This document shows positions 19,904 through 29,082 of a stretch of 64,000 bases of DNA, piece by piece. Location of the stretch: NCBI GenBank assembly GCA_003560595.1, contig PWKY01000095.1, forward strand, positions 6,421 to 70,420, written 5' to 3'. The notes under the pieces were generated by a model that saw nothing but the letters and a program-made list of their open reading frames with translations, did not search any database and was not told the DNA's origin. The position numbers and the translations under genes are program-made. Numbering within the stretch: position 1 is the stretch's first letter; the number at the start of each line of letters is the position of its first letter. Source of the stretch: Thermoplasmata archaeon. Lineage in GTDB: Archaea; Thermoplasmatota; Thermoplasmata; Halarchaeoplasmatales; Halarchaeoplasmataceae.

Positions 19904-20815
19904 TTAATCACTTGCGATTACTTCCCATATATCGTCCCACGTTACTTTCGCTTCCTGAGGTCCTGCGTAACCTAGTGAAAAGCTGGAGTTCAATGCACCA
20001 CATCTACAGCATAGTTCAAGGGGCAGATCCCGATATAAACCTGCGTAAAACCCAGCGCGATAGGCGTCACCTGCCCCCGTGGGGTCCACTACTTTATCAG
20101 GCCTGTAGGCCGGGATCTTTATCTCTTCGCCCTCTGTGAAAAGGGTACTTCCTTTACTCCCATGGGTAACTATCATCACATCAACGAAAGAAAAGAAATC
20201 ATCTGTTGATCCTGCACCGATATATTCTGCGGCCCGTTTGTACTCTTGGGAGTTACAGAAGAAGTAAGAGCTCATCGAAAGCATGGTTTCAAATATCTCT
20301 GGTTGATAAACGTACCTAAGTTCCTGAGATGGATCGAAGGCGATAGTTTTACCTTCTTTCAGTGCTTTATTCATCACCCTTTTGTAATACTCAGGGTCAC
20401 CGGTCCCTATATGCACGATATTTGAGTCGGTGATCGGTTTATCATCTATTTCAAATTCGGATATATGATCCATAACTCCCTGATCCATAAGGGCCATCTG
20501 CTCTTCCGACGGTATCGATATGATGAAACATGTAGGCGTTCCGAACCCCTCCATCTCTTTTAAGTCAGATATATTTACACCACTAGCTATAAGGGATCTT
20601 TTATATTCAACGTCGAAATCCTCTCCAACGAAGGAGGCCAGTCGTGTTGGGACCCCTAATTGTGCCGCATTTTTGGAAATGTTGGCCCCGGTACCGCCCC
20701 ACCTTATCGATCTTTTATTGATCGGCGTAGAAGTGTTCAATTTAGGTCTTTCATCGACCTGGAGTATAACGTCGATAGCGGTGTGTCCGAATACAGTAAG
20801 AAATGATCGATCCAT
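19904..20815 (-). CDS. PfkB family carbohydrate/nucleoside kinase
   Basis: GGTGAN, VTHGSKGS, DPTGAGDAYRAG. Confidence 0.9.
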   Translation of the reverse strand: MDRSFLTVFGHTAIDVILQVDERPKLNTSTPINKRSIRWGGTGANISKNAAQLGVPTRLASFVGEDFDVEYKRSLIASGVNISDLKEMEGFGTPTCFIISIPSEEQMALMDQGVMDHISEFEIDDKPITDSNIVHIGTGDPEYYKRVMNKALKEGKTIAFDPSQELRYVYQPEIFETMLSMSSYFFCNSQEYKRAAEYIGAGSTDDFFSFVDVMIVTHGSKGSTLFTEGEEIKIPAYRPDKVVDPTGAGDAYRAGFYAGLYRDLPLELCCRCGALNSSFSLGYAGPQEAKVTWDDIWEVIASD

Positions 20816-20880
20816 AAAATATAAGAAAAAGGAAAAGAATAAAAGGTTTTTGAAAGTTGAAATCGATAGATCCCTAGTAA

Positions 20881-21165
20881 CTATAATTCGATAGTTTCGA
20901 TCTCTTCCTCAACTTCTTCCTCTTCTTTAATATCCTGGGAACTTGAATCTTCTGAATCGCCGTCAGCCAGCTCACCAAAAGCAAGAGTTCTCAGTACTTT
21001 AGTTATCTTGATGGTAACTTCGTCTCCAACCTTAGTGTTGGGTACAAAAACCACAAAGTTCTCTATCTTGGCGACACCGTCGCCCTCTTTACCTATGTCT
21101 TCTATCGTAACGTCGTATTCTTCGCCTTCCTGTATCGGAGGCGAGACGCCTACTCCATTTACCAT
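20881..21165 (-). CDS. Single-TRAM-domain RNA-binding protein with acidic tail
   Basis: [34 protein letters not shown]; start at ATG 21165 preferred. Confidence 0.88.
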   Translation of the reverse strand: MVNGVGVSPPIQEGEEYDVTIEDIGKEGDGVAKIENFVVFVPNTKVGDEVTIKITKVLRTLAFGELADGDSEDSSSQDIKEEEEVEEEIETIEL

Positions 21166-21358
21166 ATCCTTTACACCTCTATCTGCTTTAAGTTTAGCAT
21201 CTATTTCTAAATGCACGCTAGAATCACGTGTTATTCTATTTAATACTTAGGGTTGATTTAACTACATGTTGCGAGAAGTCTCCTTGACTCGGCTATGAGA
21301 TGAAAGCAACGCTATCGCTGGGAAAACTATTTATGGTATGTATCACTTACTTACAACC

Positions 21359-21772
21359 ATGGGGTATGAGCTTGATAAAGGAAGACACTCGGTGTACGCA
21401 CTTCAATATCATTTTGTTCAGTGCGTTAAATATCGGAGAAAGGTTCTAGTCGATCCTGGAGTCATCGACAAACTCAAAGAACAGGTACACAATATCAGTG
21501 AAACGTTCGATGTAGAGGTATTGAATATCGAAACGGATAAAGACCATTTCCACATGATATTCAAAGGGCATCCGACATTAGAATTGACCAGGTATATCAA
21601 TGCTGTCAAGACGTTGACTTCCAGAGAGATACAGCGGAATTATCCGGAAGTCAAGGAGATGTTATGGGAAGGAAAGTTCTGGTCACGTTCGTACTTCCTT
21701 GCCTCAACAGGACAAGTAACACTTGATTGCCTGAAGAGGTACGTTGAAGATCAGGGGAAGGAAAAGAAATAA
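21359..21772 (+). CDS. tnpA: IS200/IS605 Y1 transposase TnpA
   Basis: YHFVQCVKYR, HuH motif DHFHM, FWSRSYF with catalytic Tyr; TAATG coupling to tnpB. Confidence 0.95.
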   Translation: MGYELDKGRHSVYALQYHFVQCVKYRRKVLVDPGVIDKLKEQVHNISETFDVEVLNIETDKDHFHMIFKGHPTLELTRYINAVKTLTSREIQRNYPEVKEMLWEGKFWSRSYFLASTGQVTLDCLKRYVEDQGKEKK

Positions 21773-23013
21773 TGCAGCTCACACAACAGATCAGGATACG
21801 GCCGACCGAGGCACAGGAAGATGTATTGAATGACCTATCTGAGAAGTGTAGGCTTATCTATAACTTTGCACTGGAAGAGAGGAAGAAAGCATTCGAAGAG
21901 GAGGGTAAGCGTATATCTTATATCGAACAGCAAAATCAACTTCCTAAGACAAAGGATGAATATCCGGAATACAAGTGGGTATACAGCAAAGTTTTACAAC
22001 ACACTCTTCGGATACTGGATGCGGATTTCAAGAGTTTTTATTCTCTAAAGAAGAAAGGCGATGAGTCGGCTAGACCACCTAAGTTCAAAGGAAAGCGGTA
22101 CTTCACAACCATGGTGTACAACCAATCGGGGTTCAAGTTCGGTGAAGGATGGGTACGATTCTCACATAAACATCCTTCGAAGACCGAGCTCAAGTTTGAC
22201 ATCCCGGAAAAGTTCTCCTTCGATACAGTGAGACAGGTCAGCATCTATAAGAAAGATGATGACTACTACATATCCGTAACTTATGAGGAAGAAGAACAAG
22301 AGTACGTAGATAATGGACTGTATCAAGCCTTTGACTTAGGAGTGTTGAAACATACTGCTGTGAATAGCAAAGGTAAGACTATCGAGTTCACGAATGAACG
22401 TCCTGATAGATATTGGGAAGATAAGATCAGAGCGGTACAGAGTAAACGAGACCATTGTAAAAAGGATAGCAGACGCTATAAACGATACGATAAAGCATTG
22501 AAAAGGATGAAAAGAAAGTGTGCTGATCAGATGAAGGACTTTCAGCATAAACTCAGCAGAAAGATAGTAGATAATACAAGATCAAACACCATCATAGTCG
22601 GCGATCTATCCGTAAAAGATATGTGCAGTCAAAACAAGTACCAGAAAGGACTGCACACATCACTCCACAACACCGGCCACATCGGAAGATTTGTTAGATT
22701 TCTGACCTACAAGACACGGCTTGTAGGCAAGAGAGTAGTAGAGATCGATGAAAGGAAGACCTCAAAACGATGCTGCGTGTGTGGAAGTGAAAAGGATATG
22801 CCGATACATAAGAGGACATATGAATGTGGAGATTGTGGTAGTGAGATGGATAGAGATGAAAACTCTTCCATAAACATAATGTCACGCTACCTATCCCAGA
22901 ATGGCTTGTGGACAGCCTATCAACGTTTTGTTGATAATCTACGACAAACAGGCATTGCTATACAAGAACAGGCATTGTACTCGCAGGAAGCACCGTCACT
23001 TGGGGCGGTGTAG
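21772..23013 (+). CDS. tnpB: RNA-guided endonuclease TnpB
   Basis: CRLIYNFALE HTH, RuvC-I AFDLG, IIVGDL, zinc finger CCVCG..CGDCG, RuvC-III DRDENSSINI. Confidence 0.95.
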   Translation: MQLTQQIRIRPTEAQEDVLNDLSEKCRLIYNFALEERKKAFEEEGKRISYIEQQNQLPKTKDEYPEYKWVYSKVLQHTLRILDADFKSFYSLKKKGDESARPPKFKGKRYFTTMVYNQSGFKFGEGWVRFSHKHPSKTELKFDIPEKFSFDTVRQVSIYKKDDDYYISVTYEEEEQEYVDNGLYQAFDLGVLKHTAVNSKGKTIEFTNERPDRYWEDKIRAVQSKRDHCKKDSRRYKRYDKALKRMKRKCADQMKDFQHKLSRKIVDNTRSNTIIVGDLSVKDMCSQNKYQKGLHTSLHNTGHIGRFVRFLTYKTRLVGKRVVEIDERKTSKRCCVCGSEKDMPIHKRTYECGDCGSEMDRDENSSINIMSRYLSQNGLWTAYQRFVDNLRQTGIAIQEQALYSQEAPSLGAV

Positions 23014-23036
23014 TTCACGCTGGTGACCGATACATA

Positions 23037-24293
23037 TCAAAGTATCTTCTCTAAGAGTTCATTCAGATCACTTGGCTCATCGCATATCTTGACGTTATCT
23101 ATATTCTTCAACATCCCCCATATGGCCACCGCCTCACCCTCTGTATAATCCCTCGCTCCGACATCACCGTCTTTGATCAATATAACCCTAGAACCTTCCT
23201 TTGCACACACTTCAACTGATTTTAAATTTCTAAGATTTCCCGGACCTATCGGAAAGGGAGCTACGACGATCACGTCGGCCTCCTTCATCTTGGATATGTT
23301 CTCCTTCATCTTCAAGGGAGATATCTCTGAAAAAGGTGATTCGATAACTGCCTCTATACTCATAAATCTAGCGGCTTTCAGATCTGAGTCCATGGCATTC
23401 AAAACACCGGTGGTCACTTCGTATCCTTCTTCTATCAATTCTTTCATCATCTCCTCCGCACTACCTCCGCCTCCTACCACATGCACCACTTTATTCTTCG
23501 GTGTTTTGTGATCACCTTTGATAAGCGGTACTACGTACAACGAGCCGTTTCGAACGTCTTTATTCACTTCCGCTTCCACACCGTAAACCGCCCTTAAGTG
23601 GTTGGGTGTGATAACCTCTTCTGGTCTACCAATAGCGTGTATCTCCCCCTGATCCATCAACATCACCTCGTTACAAAATCTGGCGGCTAGGTTCAGATTA
23701 TGGTGTACTGTTATCACCGCCAAACCTTCCTTTTTGTTCAATCTAGATACCAGTCCTAGAACATCCAGCTTATGGCCTATATCTAGATGTGAAGTAGCTT
23801 CATCAAGCAGTATAAGCTCCGGCTCCTGTGCCAGCGCCCTAGCCAAAAGCACCCTTTGAAACTCACCCCCTGACAGGTCGCGGACGTTCCTATCCGCCAT
23901 CTCACTCAAACCAACTGCCTCCAAAGACCCCTCCACCTTCACTGCATGTTCTCCGACCACAGATTCGAACCTGCCTAGGTGCGGCGTACGACCCATGCTC
24001 ACTACTTCTTCTACGGAAAATGGGAAGGATATATAGGCCTTCTGAGGTACTACGGCTACCACCTTGGCGATCTCTTTCCTAGACATATCAGAGATCAACT
24101 CATCCTTCAAACGTACATCTCCATATACCCTAGGGAGTACTCCTGATATCGCCTTGACCAATGTGCTTTTACCGCATCCGTTCGGGCCGATCACACCTAA
24201 AAAACCACCACTTTCAAGCCTTAGATCGATGCCTTTTAGAACGTTCTCACCGTTGTAACCTCCTTTTAAACCAACTGTCTCCAGGATCACCAT
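23037..24293 (-). CDS. btuD: Cobalamin/Fe-siderophore ABC transporter ATP-binding protein with C-terminal extension
   Basis: GPNGCGKST, LSGGEFQRV, LLDEATSHLD, HNLNLAARF; extra ~160-aa C-terminal domain. Confidence 0.85.
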   Translation of the reverse strand: MVILETVGLKGGYNGENVLKGIDLRLESGGFLGVIGPNGCGKSTLVKAISGVLPRVYGDVRLKDELISDMSRKEIAKVVAVVPQKAYISFPFSVEEVVSMGRTPHLGRFESVVGEHAVKVEGSLEAVGLSEMADRNVRDLSGGEFQRVLLARALAQEPELILLDEATSHLDIGHKLDVLGLVSRLNKKEGLAVITVHHNLNLAARFCNEVMLMDQGEIHAIGRPEEVITPNHLRAVYGVEAEVNKDVRNGSLYVVPLIKGDHKTPKNKVVHVVGGGGSAEEMMKELIEEGYEVTTGVLNAMDSDLKAARFMSIEAVIESPFSEISPLKMKENISKMKEADVIVVAPFPIGPGNLRNLKSVEVCAKEGSRVILIKDGDVGARDYTEGEAVAIWGMLKNIDNVKICDEPSDLNELLEKIL

Positions 24294-25315
24294 CCGGTAT
24301 CACCCCTGTTTTTCACCAGCAGATATATGAAGAAGGGTGCACCGAAAAGACCTGTGACTATACCAACCGGCATATTGCCCATCAGCCGCACTAAGGTATC
24401 ACACCCTACCAAGAAAAGGGCTCCCAAAACGGCGGAGGTGGGTATCAGATGTCGGTGATTAGGTCCAACAAGGAGCCTAGCGCTGTGTGGCATAATCAAC
24501 CCCACAAAACCGATCACTCCTGTAAAGGCGACAACAGCGGAGGCAAGCAGGCTGGAAACACACAGCAGTATCACCTTGCTGCGCTGCACTTCCACCCCCA
24601 GCTGACTGGCGCTTTCCTCGCCGGTCTGAAGCACGTTCAGCTCTCTGGAAAAAAACAATACTATAGCACTACTAACCGAAATCAAGGGTATCAGTATGAA
24701 CACGTGGCTCCACATAGAACCGTGGAGTCCTCCCATTATCCAGAACACTATGTCCTGAAGACCTCTATGGCTCATGAACTTGATATAAGAAGTAAGGGCC
24801 CCCATGAAGGAACCCACGGCTATACCTGCCAATAGCAATGACGGAGTATCAATCCTGCCGTTTACCCTTCCCAGAAAGAAAACCAAGAATGCGGTACTCA
24901 TCCCTAAAATGAAGGCGAATATTGGCAGCCAGAACAAACCCAGTCCCAGGACGATCGCTATAGACGCCCCTAAAGCTCCTCCCGCTGAAAACCCCAATAT
25001 GTAGGGTGATGCTAGCGGATTTCGAAAGATACCCTGCATCGAGCTGCCGGAAACCGATAACCCCGCACCCACCAGCACCCCCATCAACAACCTTGGGAGA
25101 CGCACTAGTATTATTATCGATATATCCTTATCAGAGTATTCAGGCATCTTCCTTCCGATTAAAGGAAGCCTGGAAAGTACGATGCCGACAACCCTCTCAA
25201 CTGGAATGTTAACCGCTTTAGAGCCCACGGTGAGTGAAGCCACCATGACCAGCACTAATCCAAGGGCCAAAAGAGTGAAACAAAGCTTTGGATGTTCTCT
25301 AAAGGGCGCCCCCAT
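24287..25315 (-). CDS. btuC: FecCD/BtuC-family ABC permease
   Basis: RLPRLLMG, QGIFRNPLASPYILG, GEESASQLGV, GVIGFVGLIMPH. Confidence 0.9.
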   Translation of the reverse strand: MGAPFREHPKLCFTLLALGLVLVMVASLTVGSKAVNIPVERVVGIVLSRLPLIGRKMPEYSDKDISIIILVRLPRLLMGVLVGAGLSVSGSSMQGIFRNPLASPYILGFSAGGALGASIAIVLGLGLFWLPIFAFILGMSTAFLVFFLGRVNGRIDTPSLLLAGIAVGSFMGALTSYIKFMSHRGLQDIVFWIMGGLHGSMWSHVFILIPLISVSSAIVLFFSRELNVLQTGEESASQLGVEVQRSKVILLCVSSLLASAVVAFTGVIGFVGLIMPHSARLLVGPNHRHLIPTSAVLGALFLVGCDTLVRLMGNMPVGIVTGLFGAPFFIYLLVKNRGDTGW

Positions 25316-26296
25316 CTATCTTCTCCTTTTGTATACCAACAGCCCCAGAGCTGCTATAAAACCGACTGCGGTAAATCCAGGTATATCTTCACCTTCTATT
25401 TCCGGCCGCTCTTCTTCCTTGATCTCTACAAAGGTCTCCTGTGCCTGGATAACTCTAGGCCCGGGCCGCGATATATAATCACCATCCACGTAGTAGATCG
25501 CATCGTTCTTAACCGCGGTAATCACCTGCCATGATCCCCGTTCTATGTACTCCTCTACCGATGTCTTCAAACCCTGGGTGGTTATGATCACCTCAGGATC
25601 ACTCGCTATAACCTCTTCTTCCGAATAGGTAAGCCAGCCGTCGTCATCTCCAGCGACATTATGAAGCCCAGCGTTATCCATCAACTCGTGGATGAAAGTA
25701 CCCGCACCGACGGTGTTTATCCCTTCGTAGGTTCCGGTAATGTACAGCACGGAAGGCCTCTCATCTTCTGGTATATCCCCATACTCATCAGCTATCTCAT
25801 CGATGCTACTTTCCAGATATGAAGCTAATTCATCGGCGCGTTCGGAAACATCGCATATGGCTCCAAGCATACGCATATCCTGGTAAGCGTCTTCTACACT
25901 GGTTGAATGTGTAGCTACAACCGTTATACCATACCCCTCCAAAGTATCGATCAGCATCGTATTGTAACTAGCTGCAACAACCAGGTCCGGCTCGAGATCT
26001 ATGATATGTTCATAATCCGGGTTGAAGGCGTCACCGACTTTGGGTAGTGCGTCAACCTCCGGAGGATAATTGCTGTAATCGTCCACCCCTACCACACGAT
26101 CGCCGACTCCGATATGGAAGAGAAGCTCGGTATTCGAGGGCATGTAAGAGACGATCCTTTCGGGAGGTGAATCTAAGGTTATGTTTTCTCCTCTAGCGTC
26201 GATTACTTCCAAACCCTCTACAGCGGATACTTGCCCCCCCATCACAGACATCAACAGGCAGAGTACCACAGCTACTAACATCATCTTTCTTTTCAT
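25316..26296 (-). CDS. btuF: Cobalamin/Fe-type ABC substrate-binding protein with PGF-CTERM anchor
   Basis: PERIVSYMPSNTE, RVVGVDDYSNYP, SRPGPR; tail IPGFTAVGFIAALGLLVYKRRR. Substrate (B12 vs iron complex) is inferred. Confidence 0.82.
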   Translation of the reverse strand: MKRKMMLVAVVLCLLMSVMGGQVSAVEGLEVIDARGENITLDSPPERIVSYMPSNTELLFHIGVGDRVVGVDDYSNYPPEVDALPKVGDAFNPDYEHIIDLEPDLVVAASYNTMLIDTLEGYGITVVATHSTSVEDAYQDMRMLGAICDVSERADELASYLESSIDEIADEYGDIPEDERPSVLYITGTYEGINTVGAGTFIHELMDNAGLHNVAGDDDGWLTYSEEEVIASDPEVIITTQGLKTSVEEYIERGSWQVITAVKNDAIYYVDGDYISRPGPRVIQAQETFVEIKEEERPEIEGEDIPGFTAVGFIAALGLLVYKRRR

Positions 26297-26298
26297 AC

Positions 26299-26340
26299 CT
26301 TTCCAAAAACACTTTAATTATTTAAAATTTACTTGAAAAG
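26299..26340. promoter_or_regulatory. Imperfect palindrome in the divergent btuF/regulator promoter (candidate operator)
   Basis: Core TTTAA-N4-TTAAA (26313-26326) with outer arms CTTTCCAA / TTGAAAAG symmetric about 26319.5. Confidence 0.4.
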
Positions 26341-26381
26341 AAGGTAAACCGTCAAATACCACCTCTCACCTTATCGAGAAC

Positions 26382-27161
26382 ATGAAACTGCTCCGGGATA
26401 AAAAACAGCTCACACGTTTTTTGATACTTTACCAGTCAGCAGTATACCGACCAACTAGACTGGCTGATATCGCCGGCGAGTTGAATATGACAGAGCAGGG
26501 TGTACACAACTACATCTCCGATATGGAGTCCCAGGGGTTGATAGAGGTGTCCAGCAGGGGATACAACCCAACACATGAGGGCATGGAACTCGTCCGTGAA
26601 GTCCTTTCAGATCTTACGATCTTTCTGGAGGAAGCTTCCAAGAAGATAGACCTTATCGCTGACTGCACCGCCATCGCTTTGGATGATATATCGAAGGGTG
26701 ATCAAGTCGGTCTTTTCATGGACAACGGTTTTCTACATGCATCCCATGAGTCATCCCGATCAACCGGTACGGCACTCACAGACGCAAAAAAAAGGGAGCC
26801 GGTAAAGGTGGGGGCGCTAAAGGGCATAATAGACATGCAAGTGGGTACAGTGTACATCCTGGTAATAGATGGATCAACGCGAGCCAACGATATAGTGCAG
26901 GGATGTAAAAAATTGAACTATGATCTTTTAGCAGTCATAAGTGAGTTGGAGTACGGGATGGCCACTTCGTCCGGATTAGTACCGGATATAATCTTCTCAC
27001 CCATGGAATCCACCATCAACGCAGTGGAACGGGGATTGAACGTGCTATTACTGCTCACCGAAGACAAGCTAGAAGTGGCTACAGAGCGTATAAGACAACA
27101 GAATCGAAACCGTGAAGGCGACTATCGTATCCAACAAAAAATCATAAAACTATCGGGATGA
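26382..27161 (+). CDS. Winged-helix transcriptional regulator (COG1497-like)
   Basis: LADIAGELNMTEQGVHNYISDM HTH; AIALDDISKGDQVGLFMDNG beta-clip-like segment. Confidence 0.75.
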   Translation: MKLLRDKKQLTRFLILYQSAVYRPTRLADIAGELNMTEQGVHNYISDMESQGLIEVSSRGYNPTHEGMELVREVLSDLTIFLEEASKKIDLIADCTAIALDDISKGDQVGLFMDNGFLHASHESSRSTGTALTDAKKREPVKVGALKGIIDMQVGTVYILVIDGSTRANDIVQGCKKLNYDLLAVISELEYGMATSSGLVPDIIFSPMESTINAVERGLNVLLLLTEDKLEVATERIRQQNRNREGDYRIQQKIIKLSG

Positions 27162-28128
27162 TCTCTCCGCATTTAGGACATTTTCCGTCCCGCAGTTCAT
27201 CTTTACCAGATGAAAAATATCCCCTCTTCAATACAGTACGACCGCATTTATGGCATATTGTATCGTTGTTAGCAGGTAAATTACCCAGGTATACATAGTT
27301 CAAACCCTTCTCATGGGCGATCTCTCTAACCTCACGCATCTTCTCCGCCGGCGTGGGGGATAGGTCCCTCATCTTATGATGAGGATGGAACCTTGAAAAG
27401 TGTACCACTATGTTTTCATCTAATTCATCGTGAACCCATGAACAAAATTCTCCCACCTCTTTAGCACCGTCGTTATATCCCGGTACCACAAGGTAAGTCA
27501 GCTCTATGTGTATCCCCAACTCATGGCCCCTTCTACACGTTTTTAACACCGGTTCCAACCTCGCGCCCACTACCTTCTTGTAAAAATCCTCACTGAAGGC
27601 CTTAACATCTATGTTCATAGCATCCAAGTATGGACCTATCTTCTTCAACGGCCCTTTTTCCATATATCCGTTGGTCACGTAGACCGTGTAGCCCCCGTTT
27701 CCCTTCACAAGCTTGAAAACATCGTAGCTGTATTCGTATGACATGGTCGGTTCGTTATATGTCCAAGCGATACCATCATACCTTTTCGTCATATTGGCTA
27801 TATCCTCCGGAGGTATCTCACGAAGGTACGACGCATCCGGATCTCCCTGGGAAAGGCTCAAGTTCTGGCAGTACAAGCATCTGAAGTTGCAGCCCACCGT
27901 ACCGAAGGATAAAGCAGTTGTTCCAGGATGAAAGTGATACAGCGGTTTCTTCTCTATCGGGTCGGGTGTCAAGGACGCCGCTTTACCGTAAACCAGGCTG
28001 TACAGTGTCCCCCCTCTATTTTCCCTAACTCTACATATGCCCCTCTCTCCATCTTCAATACGGCATCCGTGGGCACATAACCCACACTTAACTTTCTCTC
28101 TTTCCCAAAAATCAGCTTCTTTTATCAT
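27142..28128 (-). CDS. AmmeMemoRadiSam system radical SAM enzyme
   Basis: CGLCAHGC, DPIEKKPLYHF, CNFRCLYC, YTYNEP-like WTYNEP, MNIDVK, SRFHP, C-terminal CxxC pairs; ATG 28128. Confidence 0.92.
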   Translation of the reverse strand: MIKEADFWEREKVKCGLCAHGCRIEDGERGICRVRENRGGTLYSLVYGKAASLTPDPIEKKPLYHFHPGTTALSFGTVGCNFRCLYCQNLSLSQGDPDASYLREIPPEDIANMTKRYDGIAWTYNEPTMSYEYSYDVFKLVKGNGGYTVYVTNGYMEKGPLKKIGPYLDAMNIDVKAFSEDFYKKVVGARLEPVLKTCRRGHELGIHIELTYLVVPGYNDGAKEVGEFCSWVHDELDENIVVHFSRFHPHHKMRDLSPTPAEKMREVREIAHEKGLNYVYLGNLPANNDTICHKCGRTVLKRGYFSSGKDELRDGKCPKCGEIIPIVL

Positions 28129-29050
28129 GTTCCCACCCTTCTTGATCCGGCAATTGCGACCAGTCGATAGGCATAGGAGGTGCCGGAACTCTACCGTCCC
28201 ATGTGGTCTCGGTGATTCTCCCACGCATGTAATGAACACTCACACACAGGATGAAATAGATCCCTATCAATGCAGAAAGTAAAGATGAGACTATGGTTCG
28301 AACAAGGTTAGGAAAACCAAAACTAGGTTCACTTAAACCGTTAAATGGAAAGGTAACACCTAAGGAGATAAGAGAGGAAATGACTACTCCGATTATCACT
28401 ATCAAAAAGATCACGATGGTGAACCATAATGTTTTGTTTCTAGAAGCGAAATTTTTACTGGCGGACAAAGCTTGACTCACACCCTTTCCTTCGATCACCA
28501 CCGCCGGAAGTGCAAATAACCACCAGTAGCAAAATAGTAGACCTGGTATCAAACACAAGCAGGCACCGAAACTAACCAGTATCTGCACGATAATACCTGT
28601 GGCGATTATCATCAATGGGTATTTTTTGATCACTGAAAAGCCGGTTTTAGCTTCGGTAACACCTGTTTCATAGGCCTCCTTGGTCATCCCGATCAATCCC
28701 CCGGTAAAAAGAAGTTGGATTATAGTGACACCGATCATACCTGCAAATAAACCACCCATAACCATAAAAAACGCATTTAAAGAGGCGAGACTGTCAACAG
28801 AACTAAAATTCTGTAAGCTAAAAAGATAAAGAAGTGAGAACAGTATGGATATAGTAACAGGGATAGAGTAAAAAATCATTAACTCTTTGAAATTCTGTGT
28901 AAGTATGCTCCACCCAGTGGAAAGAGTGGTGTATACATCGTTACCCTTCAAATCCATATCAGGTCCCAGCATGATACCACATCCTGGACATCTTCCATCG
29001 TAAACGTCTTTTGAACCATAAGTCTCTCCACAATTGGGGCATTCGGGCAT
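28112..29050 (-). CDS. Membrane protein with N-terminal zinc ribbon
   Basis: CPNC..CPGC followed by about 5 hydrophobic segments, ALSAS-like motif. Confidence 0.7.
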   Translation of the reverse strand: MPECPNCGETYGSKDVYDGRCPGCGIMLGPDMDLKGNDVYTTLSTGWSILTQNFKELMIFYSIPVTISILFSLLYLFSLQNFSSVDSLASLNAFFMVMGGLFAGMIGVTIIQLLFTGGLIGMTKEAYETGVTEAKTGFSVIKKYPLMIIATGIIVQILVSFGACLCLIPGLLFCYWWLFALPAVVIEGKGVSQALSASKNFASRNKTLWFTIVIFLIVIIGVVISSLISLGVTFPFNGLSEPSFGFPNLVRTIVSSLLSALIGIYFILCVSVHYMRGRITETTWDGRVPAPPMPIDWSQLPDQEGWEHDKRS

Positions 29051-29082
29051 ACCTTCACCGATCACGAAAAGGGTTAGAACTA

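Larger units (their letters stand above)
21258..23018 (+). mobile_element. IS200/IS605-family element (IS605 type: tnpA+tnpB, same orientation); left boundary uncertain
   Basis: Left-end hairpin GTTGC..GAAG-TCTC..GAGA..GCAAC (21268-21310); right end GAAG-CACCG..CGGTG-TAGTTCAC ending at 23018. Confidence 0.88.

Noticed and set aside
26297-26381. Cobalamin riboswitch before btuF
   Set aside because: The region is 85 bp, AT-rich and lacks the B12-box.
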